A stretch of DNA of 60,194 nt from Blastocatellia bacterium (GTDB taxonomy: Bacteria > Acidobacteriota > Blastocatellia > RBC074): NCBI GenBank assembly GCA_043719385.1, contig JAYSTY010000438.1, positions 1 through 60,194 on the forward strand, read 5' to 3'. The notes beneath the pieces were generated by a model. That model worked only from the letters and a program-made list of their open reading frames with translations. It was not told the DNA's origin and did no database searches. Positions 10,731-20,524 of this stretch are shown here, in pieces. Made by a program: the position numbers and the translations under genes. Every line of letters starts with the position of its first letter. The first letter of the stretch is position 1.

Positions 10731-11192
10731 ATGCTAACCATGACGCAACGATTCGTATTTTTGTCTCTGACCTTACTTTTATTTTTGCTTGGCGCCTGCT
10801 CCGGTAAACCCGAATCCAATGCAACAGAGGCTTTGGCCTCCGCCAGCAGCACACCTGCCAATGCTAATTCCACCGCGCCTGACAGTGGGCCGAATTCAGT
10901 CGAACTGGCTCCCGTGATGCCGGAGAAAGTTCAGGTTGCGTTTGAACGTTCGTGCAAATCATGTCACGGACCGGAAGGCCAGGGCATTACCAATCTCGCC
11001 CCGGATTTACGCCGCGCTCCGCGTCGCGGACTGGCCAATTGGGTTAAATATTTGAAAGATGAAAAAGGCGCTCACGCCAGCGCTAAAATTCCAGCGATGG
11101 CCTCGCTCACAGATGAGGATTACGAAGCGATTGGCGCTTATCTGGCGGACCTTACGCAAAATAATGCACTCGCCCCAAATGCTCCCAAATAA
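10731..11192 (+). CDS. c-type cytochrome lipoprotein
   Basis: Start set at the ATG at 10731, since the listed ORF start overlaps fur. Has signal/lipobox LLLGAC and heme motif CKSCH. Confidence 0.7.
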   Translation: MLTMTQRFVFLSLTLLLFLLGACSGKPESNATEALASASSTPANANSTAPDSGPNSVELAPVMPEKVQVAFERSCKSCHGPEGQGITNLAPDLRRAPRRGLANWVKYLKDEKGAHASAKIPAMASLTDEDYEAIGAYLADLTQNNALAPNAPK

Positions 11193-11219
11193 ATTATCCG
11201 GCTCATTCTGATTTCGCTT

Positions 11220-11645
11220 TCAAAGCTTACACTGCATTACTGTCTGCAAAATGTCAGCGATTGTCCGGCGTGCCAGAGACTGCTCCATTTCGTGCTGTGC
11301 CTGCGCAAAAATGCCCTCCAACGCACCCTGAATATTTTTACCAATCTGACAATTCTGGTTCGGCTGATTGGGATGCGAGGGAAACATGCAACCTGTTTCT
11401 ACAGCCTGATAAACGTCCAGCAGCGTAATTTTCGACGCCGCTCGTGCCAGCCGCGAACCGCCCGTTGCGCCAGTTCGTGAAGTTAGTAACCCAGCCTTAG
11501 CTAACGTTGACCAGATGCGCCGCACAACCACCGGGTTCGTGTTGATGCTGCACGCCACATACTCAGATTTGAGCGGCTCATCATTCGCATTTGCCAGCAT
11601 CGTGAGGATGTGAACGGCAATGGTAAATTTACTATTGGTCGCCAT
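11220..11645 (-). CDS. Rrf2 family transcriptional regulator
   Basis: 141 aa. FTIAVHILTMLA... and GLLTSRTGATGGSRLA are typical of the Rrf2 wHTH. Confidence 0.8.
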   Translation of the reverse strand: MATNSKFTIAVHILTMLANANDEPLKSEYVACSINTNPVVVRRIWSTLAKAGLLTSRTGATGGSRLARAASKITLLDVYQAVETGCMFPSHPNQPNQNCQIGKNIQGALEGIFAQAQHEMEQSLARRTIADILQTVMQCKL

Positions 11646-11661
11646 AACTTCGCCTGCACGC

Positions 11662-12111
11662 TCAATAACGTTGAATCAACCAGACACCAGCCATCAATAA
11701 TCCCACACCAATCATTCGGGGCGTAGAAATCAAATGTTGCGCCAGACCAAACCATCCGAAGTGATCCACAATGACCGCGCCAAAAAGTTGGCCGGCAATG
11801 ACTGCAATAGAAAAACCTGTGGCCCCAATGTGTGGAATTGACAGCACGGAGACAGTAACAAACAACGCTCCCACAAATCCTCCGCACCACGCCCACCAGG
11901 GAGCCGCGCTCGCCCCGCGCCAGCTACTTGCCTGACCCATCACAACTGTAACGAAAGTGACGGCGATCAATGCGATTGCACCTATGCCAAAGTTGAGCAG
12001 CGAACTGTACATGGGGTTCAGGACAAACATCCGCATTTTTGCATTCATTGCCGCCTGGGCCGGAATCAGAATTCCAGTTGCCAGCACAAGTATCAGCCAG
12101 CCAATTTTCAT
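11662..12111 (-). CDS. DMT-superfamily membrane protein (DUF606/YdcZ-like)
   Basis: 149 aa with about 5 TM helices. The pattern resembles the DUF606 family. Confidence 0.6.
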   Translation of the reverse strand: MKIGWLILVLATGILIPAQAAMNAKMRMFVLNPMYSSLLNFGIGAIALIAVTFVTVVMGQASSWRGASAAPWWAWCGGFVGALFVTVSVLSIPHIGATGFSIAVIAGQLFGAVIVDHFGWFGLAQHLISTPRMIGVGLLMAGVWLIQRY

Positions 12112-12167
12112 TGTAAGTATCCTTATATTTTCGCTGCGGCCTTTCGGTAAACTGCCGACTTATCAGC

Positions 12168-13157
12168 CTAAAGATTAGCGACAATTTCGTAAGAGCGAAG
12201 CCGCGCTGCGTGATCAAAAATAATTGCATTCACCATCAATTCATCGGCCTTTGTAGAGTCCAATAATTTTCTCAATTCTGCCTCGACCGTCGCTGCACTG
12301 CCGATGATTGAACCGCCGAGCCGTGCTTCGACCAGAACTTTTTCCTGCTCCGACCAAAGTCCGTCCATCTTGTCTACTGGCGGCTGGATTTGTCCAGGCG
12401 TGCCGCGAATCAGACGCAAAAAAGATTGAAACTGTGAAGTCGCCAACCGCCACGCCTCTTCGTCAGTGTCAGCCGCAATAATATTTATCGCCAGCATCAC
12501 ATAGGATTTTTCGAGCGTTGCTGAAGGCTTGAAAGACGTGCGGTAAAGTTCAAGTGCAGGCAAAATATTTTCCGGCGAAAAATGTCCGGCAAAGGCGAAT
12601 GGCAACCCCAATTGTCCGGCAAGCTGGGCGCTGAACCCGCTTGAGCCTAACAGCCAAATCGGAATATCCAAGCCCGCTCCCGGCACTGCGCGGACACGTT
12701 GCCCGAGTTCCGGCTCGCGTAAAAAAAATCGTAGCTCTTCCAGTTGCTCAGGGAAATCGTCGTCGGCATTCAGGCTCCGACGCAAAGCCTGCATCGTTGC
12801 CTGATCGGTTCCCGGAGCGCGTCCCAAACCTAAATCAATCCGATTGGGGTAAAGTGATTCAAGCGTTCCGAATTGTTCAGCAATTACCAGCGGCGCGTGA
12901 TTTGAAAGCATTACGCCGCCGGAGCCGACACGGATTTTTTTTGTGTTTCCCGCTACATAACCAATCACAACGGAAGTTGCTGCGCTCGCAATGCCGCGCA
13001 TATTGTGGTGCTCCGCCAGCCAGAATCTTTTATATCCAAGTTGTTCGGTATGCTGCGCCAAACTCAACGTATTGCGCAAAGCATCCGCCGCAGTTGCACC
13101 CAGCACAATCGGTGACAAATCTAATACTGAAAATGGAATATCTGAAAAATTGCTCAT
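12168..13157 (-). CDS. LLM-class flavin-dependent oxidoreductase (luciferase-like, YhbW type)
   Basis: 329 aa. FSVLDLSPI...[13 protein letters not shown]...IASAA is the classic luciferase-like monooxygenase opening. Confidence 0.8.
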   Translation of the reverse strand: MSNFSDIPFSVLDLSPIVLGATAADALRNTLSLAQHTEQLGYKRFWLAEHHNMRGIASAATSVVIGYVAGNTKKIRVGSGGVMLSNHAPLVIAEQFGTLESLYPNRIDLGLGRAPGTDQATMQALRRSLNADDDFPEQLEELRFFLREPELGQRVRAVPGAGLDIPIWLLGSSGFSAQLAGQLGLPFAFAGHFSPENILPALELYRTSFKPSATLEKSYVMLAINIIAADTDEEAWRLATSQFQSFLRLIRGTPGQIQPPVDKMDGLWSEQEKVLVEARLGGSIIGSAATVEAELRKLLDSTKADELMVNAIIFDHAARLRSYEIVANL

Positions 13158-13181
13158 TACTAAAATCCCTTACAGGTGGCG

Positions 13182-14147
13182 TCAAAGATCAAACAACGAA
13201 GCCTGTCTTTGATCTTCATTAATCGTTGTCGTGAGTAATGTTTGGGAAATTTTATTTTCGTTTATTTTAGCTTCACCTTTTTTCCAGCGTGCCTGTTTGG
13301 CTTGCGGTTCAAGGGAACGGTAATTGCACTTGACGCCACGTTTTTCAAAGGCTTCACGCGTTTCTACCATCATCTTTTCTACATAGTTTTCATCCAGCCA
13401 TTCGGGAAAATATTTTCTAAATAATTCATTCGTTAATTGTTTGTGATTCATTGCCGCGATCCAAACTCTATTAGTAATGAATGGTGCAAATCTTTCTGCA
13501 TACTTTTCAGGATTGAGCGGCAAAATCGGCATACACGATAAGCGAGTTGCAATGCCTGCTTTGTAGTAAAGTTGCAGTCCGCGTTCACGCTCAATCAAGC
13601 TCGGTGCTTTCGGTTCAAAAATTCGCTTAACGTCATCGCGATCCGTATGAATTGAATAACTCACCCGCACACTTGTTTTCTTAGCGAGTTGTTGCAGCAA
13701 TGGAATATCGCGGGCCACATCACGGGAAGTCCCGCGCGTTTGTATCTCTAATTCAAGCGGTGGATTGTCCAGAAAAAATTCTAAGATCGGCGGCACCAAT
13801 TTTAATTTTTGCTCAATCGGCATGTAAATGTCAGTCGCATTGCCGAAATAAATTTTTGATTTCTTTACTTTCTCGCGCTCCTTGTGAAGCAATTCAATCA
13901 AATTTATTTTGTAATCAACCCATTCACCCCAACCTGTTTTGTCCCATTTTTCTGCCGTGCGCTGAGTGAAGTAATTCATCTTAATCGCTGAACAAAATTC
14001 ACAGGCAAACACACAGCCTTGATAAGGATTGATAGCAATATTTGAGCCGTATGTTGTAGATAAAGCGTGTCGCGCAAGAATCGGTTTGAGTGCAAAAGCC
14101 ATGTTCAATATTATAACAAAAATATAGCCCAAATAATTTGCCAGCAC
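13182..14147 (-). CDS. radical SAM protein (COG1533 SplB / DNA photolyase-like)
   Basis: INPYQGCVFACEFCSA contains CxxxCxxC in the context typical of COG1533 proteins. The start may be the internal Met (MAFALKP...). G+C is lower than in the neighbouring genes. Confidence 0.65.
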   Translation of the reverse strand: MLANYLGYIFVIILNMAFALKPILARHALSTTYGSNIAINPYQGCVFACEFCSAIKMNYFTQRTAEKWDKTGWGEWVDYKINLIELLHKEREKVKKSKIYFGNATDIYMPIEQKLKLVPPILEFFLDNPPLELEIQTRGTSRDVARDIPLLQQLAKKTSVRVSYSIHTDRDDVKRIFEPKAPSLIERERGLQLYYKAGIATRLSCMPILPLNPEKYAERFAPFITNRVWIAAMNHKQLTNELFRKYFPEWLDENYVEKMMVETREAFEKRGVKCNYRSLEPQAKQARWKKGEAKINENKISQTLLTTTINEDQRQASLFDL

Positions 14148-14240
14148 CTAAATCTTCGAACAATCCATCAATGACTAAAATCCTGATTAGGTGTCAGGAA
14201 TACAACCTTTAAATTGTCTTTTACCGCTAAAAAAAACAAC

Positions 14241-15317
14241 CTATTGGCGGGTCAATGAAATTGCACGACCATATTGTTTGGGAACAGCGGTCTGTGCTTC
14301 TAATTCCTGCGCTGCACGAAACGGAAAATACGGGTCACGCAAAAATTCTCGTGCGATTAAAACCGCATCCGCTTCGCCTTTAGTGAGAATTTCTTCGGCC
14401 TGTTTTGGTTCGGTAATCAACCCGACTGCTCCGGTTGGAATGCCAACTTGCGCACGGATTTCTTTCGCAAATGGAACCTGAAAATTTGGCGCGACAGGGA
14501 TAGTCGGGCGATGTACATTGCCACCGGAGGAAACATCAATCAAGTCAATCCCGATCATTTTTAGCTGCTGACAAAGCGCAATTGATTGCTCTAAATCCCA
14601 GCCGCCCTCCGCCCAATCCGTTGCCGAAATCCGCACAAAAACAGGCAGGTTTTTGGGAACTGTGGCGCGGACTTCACTGGCAACTTCAAGCGGAAAACGC
14701 ATTCGATTTTCGAGGCTTCCACCGTATTCGTCCGTTCGATGATTGGAAAGTGGCGAAAGAAATTCCTGCAAAAGGTAGCCATGCGCGGCGTGAATTTCGA
14801 CGACTTCAAAGCCTGCGGCGAGCGAGCGTTTGGTCGCCGCGACAAAATCATTCTTCACTTTTTCGAGGTCAGCTTTGGTCATCTCACGCGGGTTGGGGTA
14901 AGTGTCAGCGAACGCAATCGCAGAAGGCCCAATAACTTCCCAGCCGCCATCTTTTTCATCAACTTTTTTGCCACCGTTCCAGGGTTCAGCCGTCGAAGCT
15001 TTGCGTCCCGCATGCGCCAGTTGGATGCCTGCGACCGCGCCTTGTGATTTGATGAATTGCGTAATTTTCTTGTACGCCTCGGCGTGAGCATCGCTCCAAA
15101 TTCCAGCGTCCGCCGGAGAAATTCTGCCTTCAGGAGAAACCGCCGTTGCCTCCATCATTACCAGCCCCGCACCGCCGACAGCGCGGCTGCCAAGATGAAC
15201 GAGATGCCAATCTGTCGGCATCCCGTCCACGCTTGAATACTGGCACATCGGTGAAACCCAAATGCGATTGCGAAATTCAACTTCTCGTAATTTTAATTTT
15301 TCAAATAATTTGCTCAT
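14241..15317 (-). CDS. namA: NADPH dehydrogenase / Old Yellow Enzyme family (NamA-like)
   Basis: 358 aa. SPMCQYS...DWHLVHLGSRAVGGAGL and EIHAAHGYLL are OYE signatures. Confidence 0.85.
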   Translation of the reverse strand: MSKLFEKLKLREVEFRNRIWVSPMCQYSSVDGMPTDWHLVHLGSRAVGGAGLVMMEATAVSPEGRISPADAGIWSDAHAEAYKKITQFIKSQGAVAGIQLAHAGRKASTAEPWNGGKKVDEKDGGWEVIGPSAIAFADTYPNPREMTKADLEKVKNDFVAATKRSLAAGFEVVEIHAAHGYLLQEFLSPLSNHRTDEYGGSLENRMRFPLEVASEVRATVPKNLPVFVRISATDWAEGGWDLEQSIALCQQLKMIGIDLIDVSSGGNVHRPTIPVAPNFQVPFAKEIRAQVGIPTGAVGLITEPKQAEEILTKGEADAVLIAREFLRDPYFPFRAAQELEAQTAVPKQYGRAISLTRQ

Positions 15318-15326
15318 AGCGATTGC

Positions 15327-16082
15327 CTACTGCGCGGTAAACCCTCCATCCACTGCGAGCGTCTGTCCGGTGATGAATGATGATTTTTCCGAACATAAAT
15401 AAATCACGGCCTGCGCGATTTCATCAGGCTGACCGATGCGACCAATCGGATGCATAGATTCCATCATTTTTATCAGCTCAGGAGTATTCAAAAAATCAGA
15501 CAGCATCCGCGTTTCGACTCCACCTGGCGCAACAGAATTCACGCGAATATTTTTCTTTGCTACTTCCAGCGCCGTTGCTTTTGTTAAGCCAATCACCGCA
15601 TGTTTACTGGCGTTGTAAATTCCTACGCCCGCCATTCCGATCAATCCTGCCACGGAAGAATTATTCACAATCGCGCCACCGCCGGTTTTCAGCATCGCGG
15701 GGATTTCGTATTTCTGCGACAGCCAGACGCCTTTGACATTAGTGTCCATCACGTGGTCATAAAGCTCTTCAGTTTGCTTCGCAATTGGCGTCGCAACCTG
15801 CTCAACTCCAGCATTATTGAAGGCGTAATCCAACCGCCCAAACGCTTCGATAGTTTTCTCAACCATCGCTTTAACGTCGGCTTCTTTGGTGATGTCAGTT
15901 TTGATGAAGATCGCTTCACCGCCTAACGCTTTGATTTCGGCAACGACTTCGTTGCCTTCTTTTTCACGGCGACCAGAGAGCGCAACCTGTGCGCCTTCCT
16001 TCGCAAAGGCTATCGCCGTAGCCTGTCCGATGCCTGCGGTTCCGCCCGTAATTAATGCTACTTTTCCTGTCATGTTTCCCAT
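15327..16082 (-). CDS. SDR family oxidoreductase
   Basis: 251 aa. Has [12 protein letters not shown] and YNASKHA (YxxxK). Confidence 0.85.
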   Translation of the reverse strand: MGNMTGKVALITGGTAGIGQATAIAFAKEGAQVALSGRREKEGNEVVAEIKALGGEAIFIKTDITKEADVKAMVEKTIEAFGRLDYAFNNAGVEQVATPIAKQTEELYDHVMDTNVKGVWLSQKYEIPAMLKTGGGAIVNNSSVAGLIGMAGVGIYNASKHAVIGLTKATALEVAKKNIRVNSVAPGGVETRMLSDFLNTPELIKMMESMHPIGRIGQPDEIAQAVIYLCSEKSSFITGQTLAVDGGFTAQ

Positions 16083-16107
16083 AATTTCTCCTGCTTTTCC
16101 TAATAAT

Positions 16108-17049
16108 TTATAACCAGGTTTTCATTTGTTCTGAGGTCAAATTGCCGCCGCAGATAATTGTGGTGACTATTTTATCAGCAAATCTTGCGCGGTTTTCTAT
16201 TAACGCCGCGACACCAACTGCGCCTGAAGGTTCGACGATTAATCCGGCGTATTGATGCAAAAGTTGCATCGCTTCGATAATCGAATTTTCTGTGACCAAA
16301 ATGCCGTCGTCTATTAAATTTTCCATATCCTGCAAGGCTTGCTGCACGGGCAAGCGCACGCCGATTCCATCCGCAATCGTCGCAATTTTTTCGTAACTCA
16401 CGAGACGTTTTTTGCGCCACGAATCAAGCATCGCAGGCGCACCTGCCGCTTGAATTGCGATGAGTTTTGTCTTTGGATTTTTTGCCTTGAAGTACGTCGC
16501 AATGCCGTTAAATAAAGCTCCGTTGCCGAGCGGGATTAACAAATAATCAATTGGTTCGGGAAAGGTACTTAACTCCAAGCCAATCGTCCCCGCGCCAATC
16601 ACCGTTTCAATATCCAGGCAATCTTCGACAAAACGAAGGTTAGATTTTTCAGCAAATTTTCTGGCTTCGATTTTCGCGGCGTCAAAATCTTCGCCAGCTA
16701 AAACAACCTTTGCATCCAAACTTTTCATCCGCTCAATTTTGAAAGAGTTCGCGGTTTCGGCGGCGAAAATTGTCAACGCAATTTTTCGCTTGCGGCAAGC
16801 ATACGCGATAGCTTGCCCAAAATTTCTGGCACTCGCGCAAACTAATTCTTTTTCATTTGTATTCGTGCAAAGCAAATCCGCGCCGCGACCTTTGAAAGAA
16901 CGAATCGGATTCTGCGTTTCGATCTTCAAAATCGTCCGGCAGCCGAGCACATCACCCAAAGGTTCGTTCACATATTGCGGCGAATTTAGAAACACTGCGT
17001 CAATAATTTTGGCAGCATTTTCGATGTCTTGTACGTTGAGTCTTTTCAT
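16108..17049 (-). CDS. PLP-dependent threonine/serine dehydratase family protein
   Basis: 313 aa. Has [14 protein letters not shown] (PLP lysine) and a glycine-rich PLP phosphate loop. Confidence 0.75.
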   Translation of the reverse strand: MKRLNVQDIENAAKIIDAVFLNSPQYVNEPLGDVLGCRTILKIETQNPIRSFKGRGADLLCTNTNEKELVCASARNFGQAIAYACRKRKIALTIFAAETANSFKIERMKSLDAKVVLAGEDFDAAKIEARKFAEKSNLRFVEDCLDIETVIGAGTIGLELSTFPEPIDYLLIPLGNGALFNGIATYFKAKNPKTKLIAIQAAGAPAMLDSWRKKRLVSYEKIATIADGIGVRLPVQQALQDMENLIDDGILVTENSIIEAMQLLHQYAGLIVEPSGAVGVAALIENRARFADKIVTTIICGGNLTSEQMKTWL

Positions 17050-17138
17050 ATGACCACTGAATCACTACCGCGAGTGGTAACAAGAGTAGCTATCAATGAA
17101 AACCACGCTCCCTACCACTCGCAGCACTGACCCGGAAA

Positions 17139-17873
17139 TTACCACGGCAACGTTTCGCCCAAATGAATATATTTTCCTGTCACGCCATCCGCAGGCAAGG
17201 TCGCAAGATACACCGAAGTTTTTGCGCCATCCACTATTTCCATCGGCGCAGCTTCGCCGCCCATATCCGTTTTGACCCAACCCGGATGCGCGGAATTCAC
17301 TTTGATCGGCGTGTCTTTCAATTCATTCGCCAGTTGAATCGTGAACATATTTACCGCAGCTTTTGACGCGTGATACGAAGTATTGGCGCCTCCGCTTGCA
17401 GCAATCGGCGAAGTCGGATCGCTGTTCAATGTGAGCGAGCCAAGAATGCTGGAAAGATTGACGATGCGACCTGCTTCACTTTTTTTGATGAGTGGTAACA
17501 TGGTTTGCGTCAACTCGACCAATGAAAAAACATTCGTCTCAAATGTTTTGCGCCAGTTGGCGACAGGTACAACGGAAGCTGGAACGGTATAATCGAGCAA
17601 AACGCCTGCATTATTAATAAGAATATCCAGCTTGCCGAATTTTTCTTCGATGAATTTCGCGGCGTTGGCGTGTGTCGCTGCATCGTTCACATCAAGATGT
17701 AAAAAGTGTGCGTCAACGCCTTCTGCCTGTAAAGTTTTTGCGGCTTCGGTTCCACGCGCTTCATCACGCGCACCGACTAAAATTGTAGTACCCTGTTTGC
17801 CAAGCTGTCGCGCAGTTTCAAAGCCAATGCCTTTATTTGCGCCAGTAATTAATGCTACTTTTTTCTCACTCAT
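17139..17873 (-). CDS. SDR family oxidoreductase (carbonyl reductase-like)
   Basis: 244 aa. Has TGANKGIG, NNAG and YHASKAA. Confidence 0.85.
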   Translation of the reverse strand: MSEKKVALITGANKGIGFETARQLGKQGTTILVGARDEARGTEAAKTLQAEGVDAHFLHLDVNDAATHANAAKFIEEKFGKLDILINNAGVLLDYTVPASVVPVANWRKTFETNVFSLVELTQTMLPLIKKSEAGRIVNLSSILGSLTLNSDPTSPIAASGGANTSYHASKAAVNMFTIQLANELKDTPIKVNSAHPGWVKTDMGGEAAPMEIVDGAKTSVYLATLPADGVTGKYIHLGETLPW

Positions 17874-18031
17874 ATTTTTTATTCCTTATCAAAGTTTACT
17901 CGCTTATTGATTGCAGCCATTGCGACGAGTTTTGCAATTCGTACCGAGCGAGTTTCAGCACGTTTCGCACTATTCAGCCATTGTAAAATTACTTTCTTCA
18001 CTCCGTTGTTATCGGTGGCAATTCGCCCACA

Positions 18032-18496
18032 TCAAATTTCCCAGATTGTTTCGTAATTGATAATTGGACGCTCAAACGTGACACCCATTTGCGTAAAATC
18101 TTTTGCTAACGCCAGCATCGGTACGAGCGTTTCCATTTGTTTTGCATCCGCCAATGATCGCCACACGCTGACATTAGTCATTGTATTGGAAACAGCATCA
18201 ATACCTGTGTAGTAATGCAACAAGCCATTTAATTTTTTGATGGCAGGCACTAATGATTCCTGTGATGTCGTCAGGCGTATTTTTACTTTTTCATAATCTG
18301 TTGCAGCAAATGAACCGCGCGAAATTCTTACCACTGGCATAGTGCGTTTTCTCTTTCGTTGCGACAGCGAAGTCATTGGAGCTATAGCAATCAACGACAA
18401 CATTTCAATCAATTTGATGAGCCAATGACGACGCGAGGTAGTTTCAAAAAACATATTTTTTATCTCGTGTTGTTCGATCTCTCTTAGTGGTATCAA
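18032..18496 (-). CDS. hypothetical protein (possible Tat signal; small alpha+beta C-terminal domain)
   Basis: 154-aa ORF with a TTG start overlapping the upstream stop (TTGA). TSRRHWLIK resembles the Tat motif. No confident family assignment. Confidence 0.4.
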   Translation of the reverse strand: MIPLREIEQHEIKNMFFETTSRRHWLIKLIEMLSLIAIAPMTSLSQRKRKRTMPVVRISRGSFAATDYEKVKIRLTTSQESLVPAIKKLNGLLHYYTGIDAVSNTMTNVSVWRSLADAKQMETLVPMLALAKDFTQMGVTFERPIINYETIWEI

Positions 18497-19431
18497 CTCA
18501 CCTGCAAAATAATTTTGCCACGCGTGCGACCGCTTTGACTCAGTTCGTGCGCCTGACGAATTTCGCTCAGCGGCAGAACCGTTTCGACGAAGGTTTTAAG
18601 TTTTCCTGCCTCGACCAGTGCGGTTATTTCTTGCAGTTGCCCGGTATTAGGCTGCACTCCCATCATGGTACCTTTGACATCATATTTTATTAGCGCTTCC
18701 GCATCAGGCGCAGCGACAACCGACACCAAAAACCCGCCTTGTTTCAGCACTCCGAAAGAGCGTGTTTGCGTTTCGCCGCCAATCAAATCAAACACCACAT
18801 CTGCATCTTTCACGACCTCTTCAAATTTAGTCGTCGTGTAATCAATCACTTCATCTGCGCCGAGACTTTTGACAAATTCCGTATTGCGCGCCGAAGTTGT
18901 GCCAATCACATACGCGCCTTTGGCTTTGGCTAATTGCACGGCTAAAGAACCAACTCCACCCGCCGCGGCGTGAATCAGAACTTTTTGCCCAGTTGTCAAA
19001 TTCGCGTTATCGAAAAGCGCTTGCCACGCAGTCAAGGCACCAACTGGAATCGCAGCGGCATTAATAAAATCTACGTTGGCGGGCTTTGCAGAAATTTCTT
19101 TTTCTTTAACGGCAACGAATTCAGCATACGTGCCACATCGCATCAGACTGGCGTAGCCATAAACTTCATCGCCTACTTTGAACGATTTTACATCTGCGCC
19201 AATTTCAGCCACCACGCCGGAAAATTCGCAGCCCAGTGTCAACGGCAACTGATGTTGCAGCCAGTCGCTCAGATAGCCTTCGCGGATTTTCCAATCCACT
19301 GGATTGACCGCTGTAGCGTGAATGCAAACTAAAATTTCATCAGCCAGGGCTTCGGGTTTTGACACATCCGCATACGTTAAAACATCTGCCCCGCCATAAA
19401 AATTGATCTGAATTGCTTTCATCGTACTCAT
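18493..19431 (-). CDS. NADPH:quinone oxidoreductase / zinc-type MDR alcohol dehydrogenase family
   Basis: Has the MDR fold and the AAGGVGS nucleotide-binding motif. Start set at the ATG at 19431 (MSTMKAIQ), 7 nt after AAGGA. Confidence 0.8.
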   Translation of the reverse strand: MSTMKAIQINFYGGADVLTYADVSKPEALADEILVCIHATAVNPVDWKIREGYLSDWLQHQLPLTLGCEFSGVVAEIGADVKSFKVGDEVYGYASLMRCGTYAEFVAVKEKEISAKPANVDFINAAAIPVGALTAWQALFDNANLTTGQKVLIHAAAGGVGSLAVQLAKAKGAYVIGTTSARNTEFVKSLGADEVIDYTTTKFEEVVKDADVVFDLIGGETQTRSFGVLKQGGFLVSVVAAPDAEALIKYDVKGTMMGVQPNTGQLQEITALVEAGKLKTFVETVLPLSEIRQAHELSQSGRTRGKIILQVS

Positions 19432-19588
19432 AGTTTTTCCTTTTGAGATAATTGAGGAGCGCATTTGTAACTAAAATTGTTACAAATGTCAAGAAGGCTT
19501 TTCAGATTTAAGACAAGCTTAATAATTATTTGATGCTTCACTGCTGATTGCGTGATTCGGCAAATCGCGTTACAACGTCAACAACCTT

Positions 19589-20518
19589 ATGAATACTGAA
19601 CTATTAAAAAATAGGGCGAGTGATTTCTTTGCTGCGCTACAAAATAAAATCTGTACAGCGCTCGAAAATATTGACGGACAAAATAAATTCCGCGAAGACT
19701 TATGGACGCGCGAAGGCGGCGGCGGTGGGCGTACGCGAGTCAGGGAAAATGGCGGCGTCTTTGAAAAAGCGGGCGTGAATTTTTCTGCGGTGCATGGTGA
19801 ATTGCCGGAAATTCTGGCGCAGCAGATGGCTTCACAGCTCAGCACAAAAATGGGCAAAAACGCTGACAGCATCGCCGCCGGACGCGAATTTTTCGCTACC
19901 GGAGTTTCGCTTGTCCTGCATCCGCACAATCCGTATGTGCCGACCGTGCATGCAAATTTTCGCTTTTTTGAGCAGGGCGAATTGCAATGGTTTGGCGGCG
20001 GTGCAGACATCACGCCGTATTACAGTTCACGCGCTGACATCACACATTTTCATCGGACTTTCAAAGCGGCGTGTGACCTTCACAATGCGGAGTATTATCC
20101 GAAGTACAAAAAATGGTGCGACGAATATTTTCACATCAGGCATCGTCAGCAAATGCGCGGTGCGGGTGGGATATTCTTTGATTATTTGACGGAAGATTTA
20201 GAAAAAACTTTTGCCTTCGTCCGCGACGCTGGCGAAGCATTTTTGCCTGCTTATTTGCCCATCGTCGAACGCTGCAAAGATTTTCCCTTCGGAGAACGCG
20301 AACGAGATTTTCAACTCATTCGGCGGGGACGTTATGCGGAATTTAATCTCGTCTATGATCGCGGAACTACCTTTGGATTGCAGACGAATGGACGGACGGA
20401 ATCCATTCTGATGTCGCTGCCAGCGCTCGCAAAATGGGTTTACGATTATCAGCCGGAACCTAATTCGCCAGAAGCGGAAGCGTGGGAATTTTATCAGCCG
20501 CAGGAATGGGTAAAATAA
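19589..20518 (+). CDS. hemF: oxygen-dependent coproporphyrinogen III oxidase
   Basis: 309 aa. REDLWTREGGGGGRTRV, GVNFSAV and WFGGGADITPYY are HemF hallmarks. Confidence 0.92.
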   Translation: MNTELLKNRASDFFAALQNKICTALENIDGQNKFREDLWTREGGGGGRTRVRENGGVFEKAGVNFSAVHGELPEILAQQMASQLSTKMGKNADSIAAGREFFATGVSLVLHPHNPYVPTVHANFRFFEQGELQWFGGGADITPYYSSRADITHFHRTFKAACDLHNAEYYPKYKKWCDEYFHIRHRQQMRGAGGIFFDYLTEDLEKTFAFVRDAGEAFLPAYLPIVERCKDFPFGERERDFQLIRRGRYAEFNLVYDRGTTFGLQTNGRTESILMSLPALAKWVYDYQPEPNSPEAEAWEFYQPQEWVK

Positions 20519-20524
20519 TAACCG

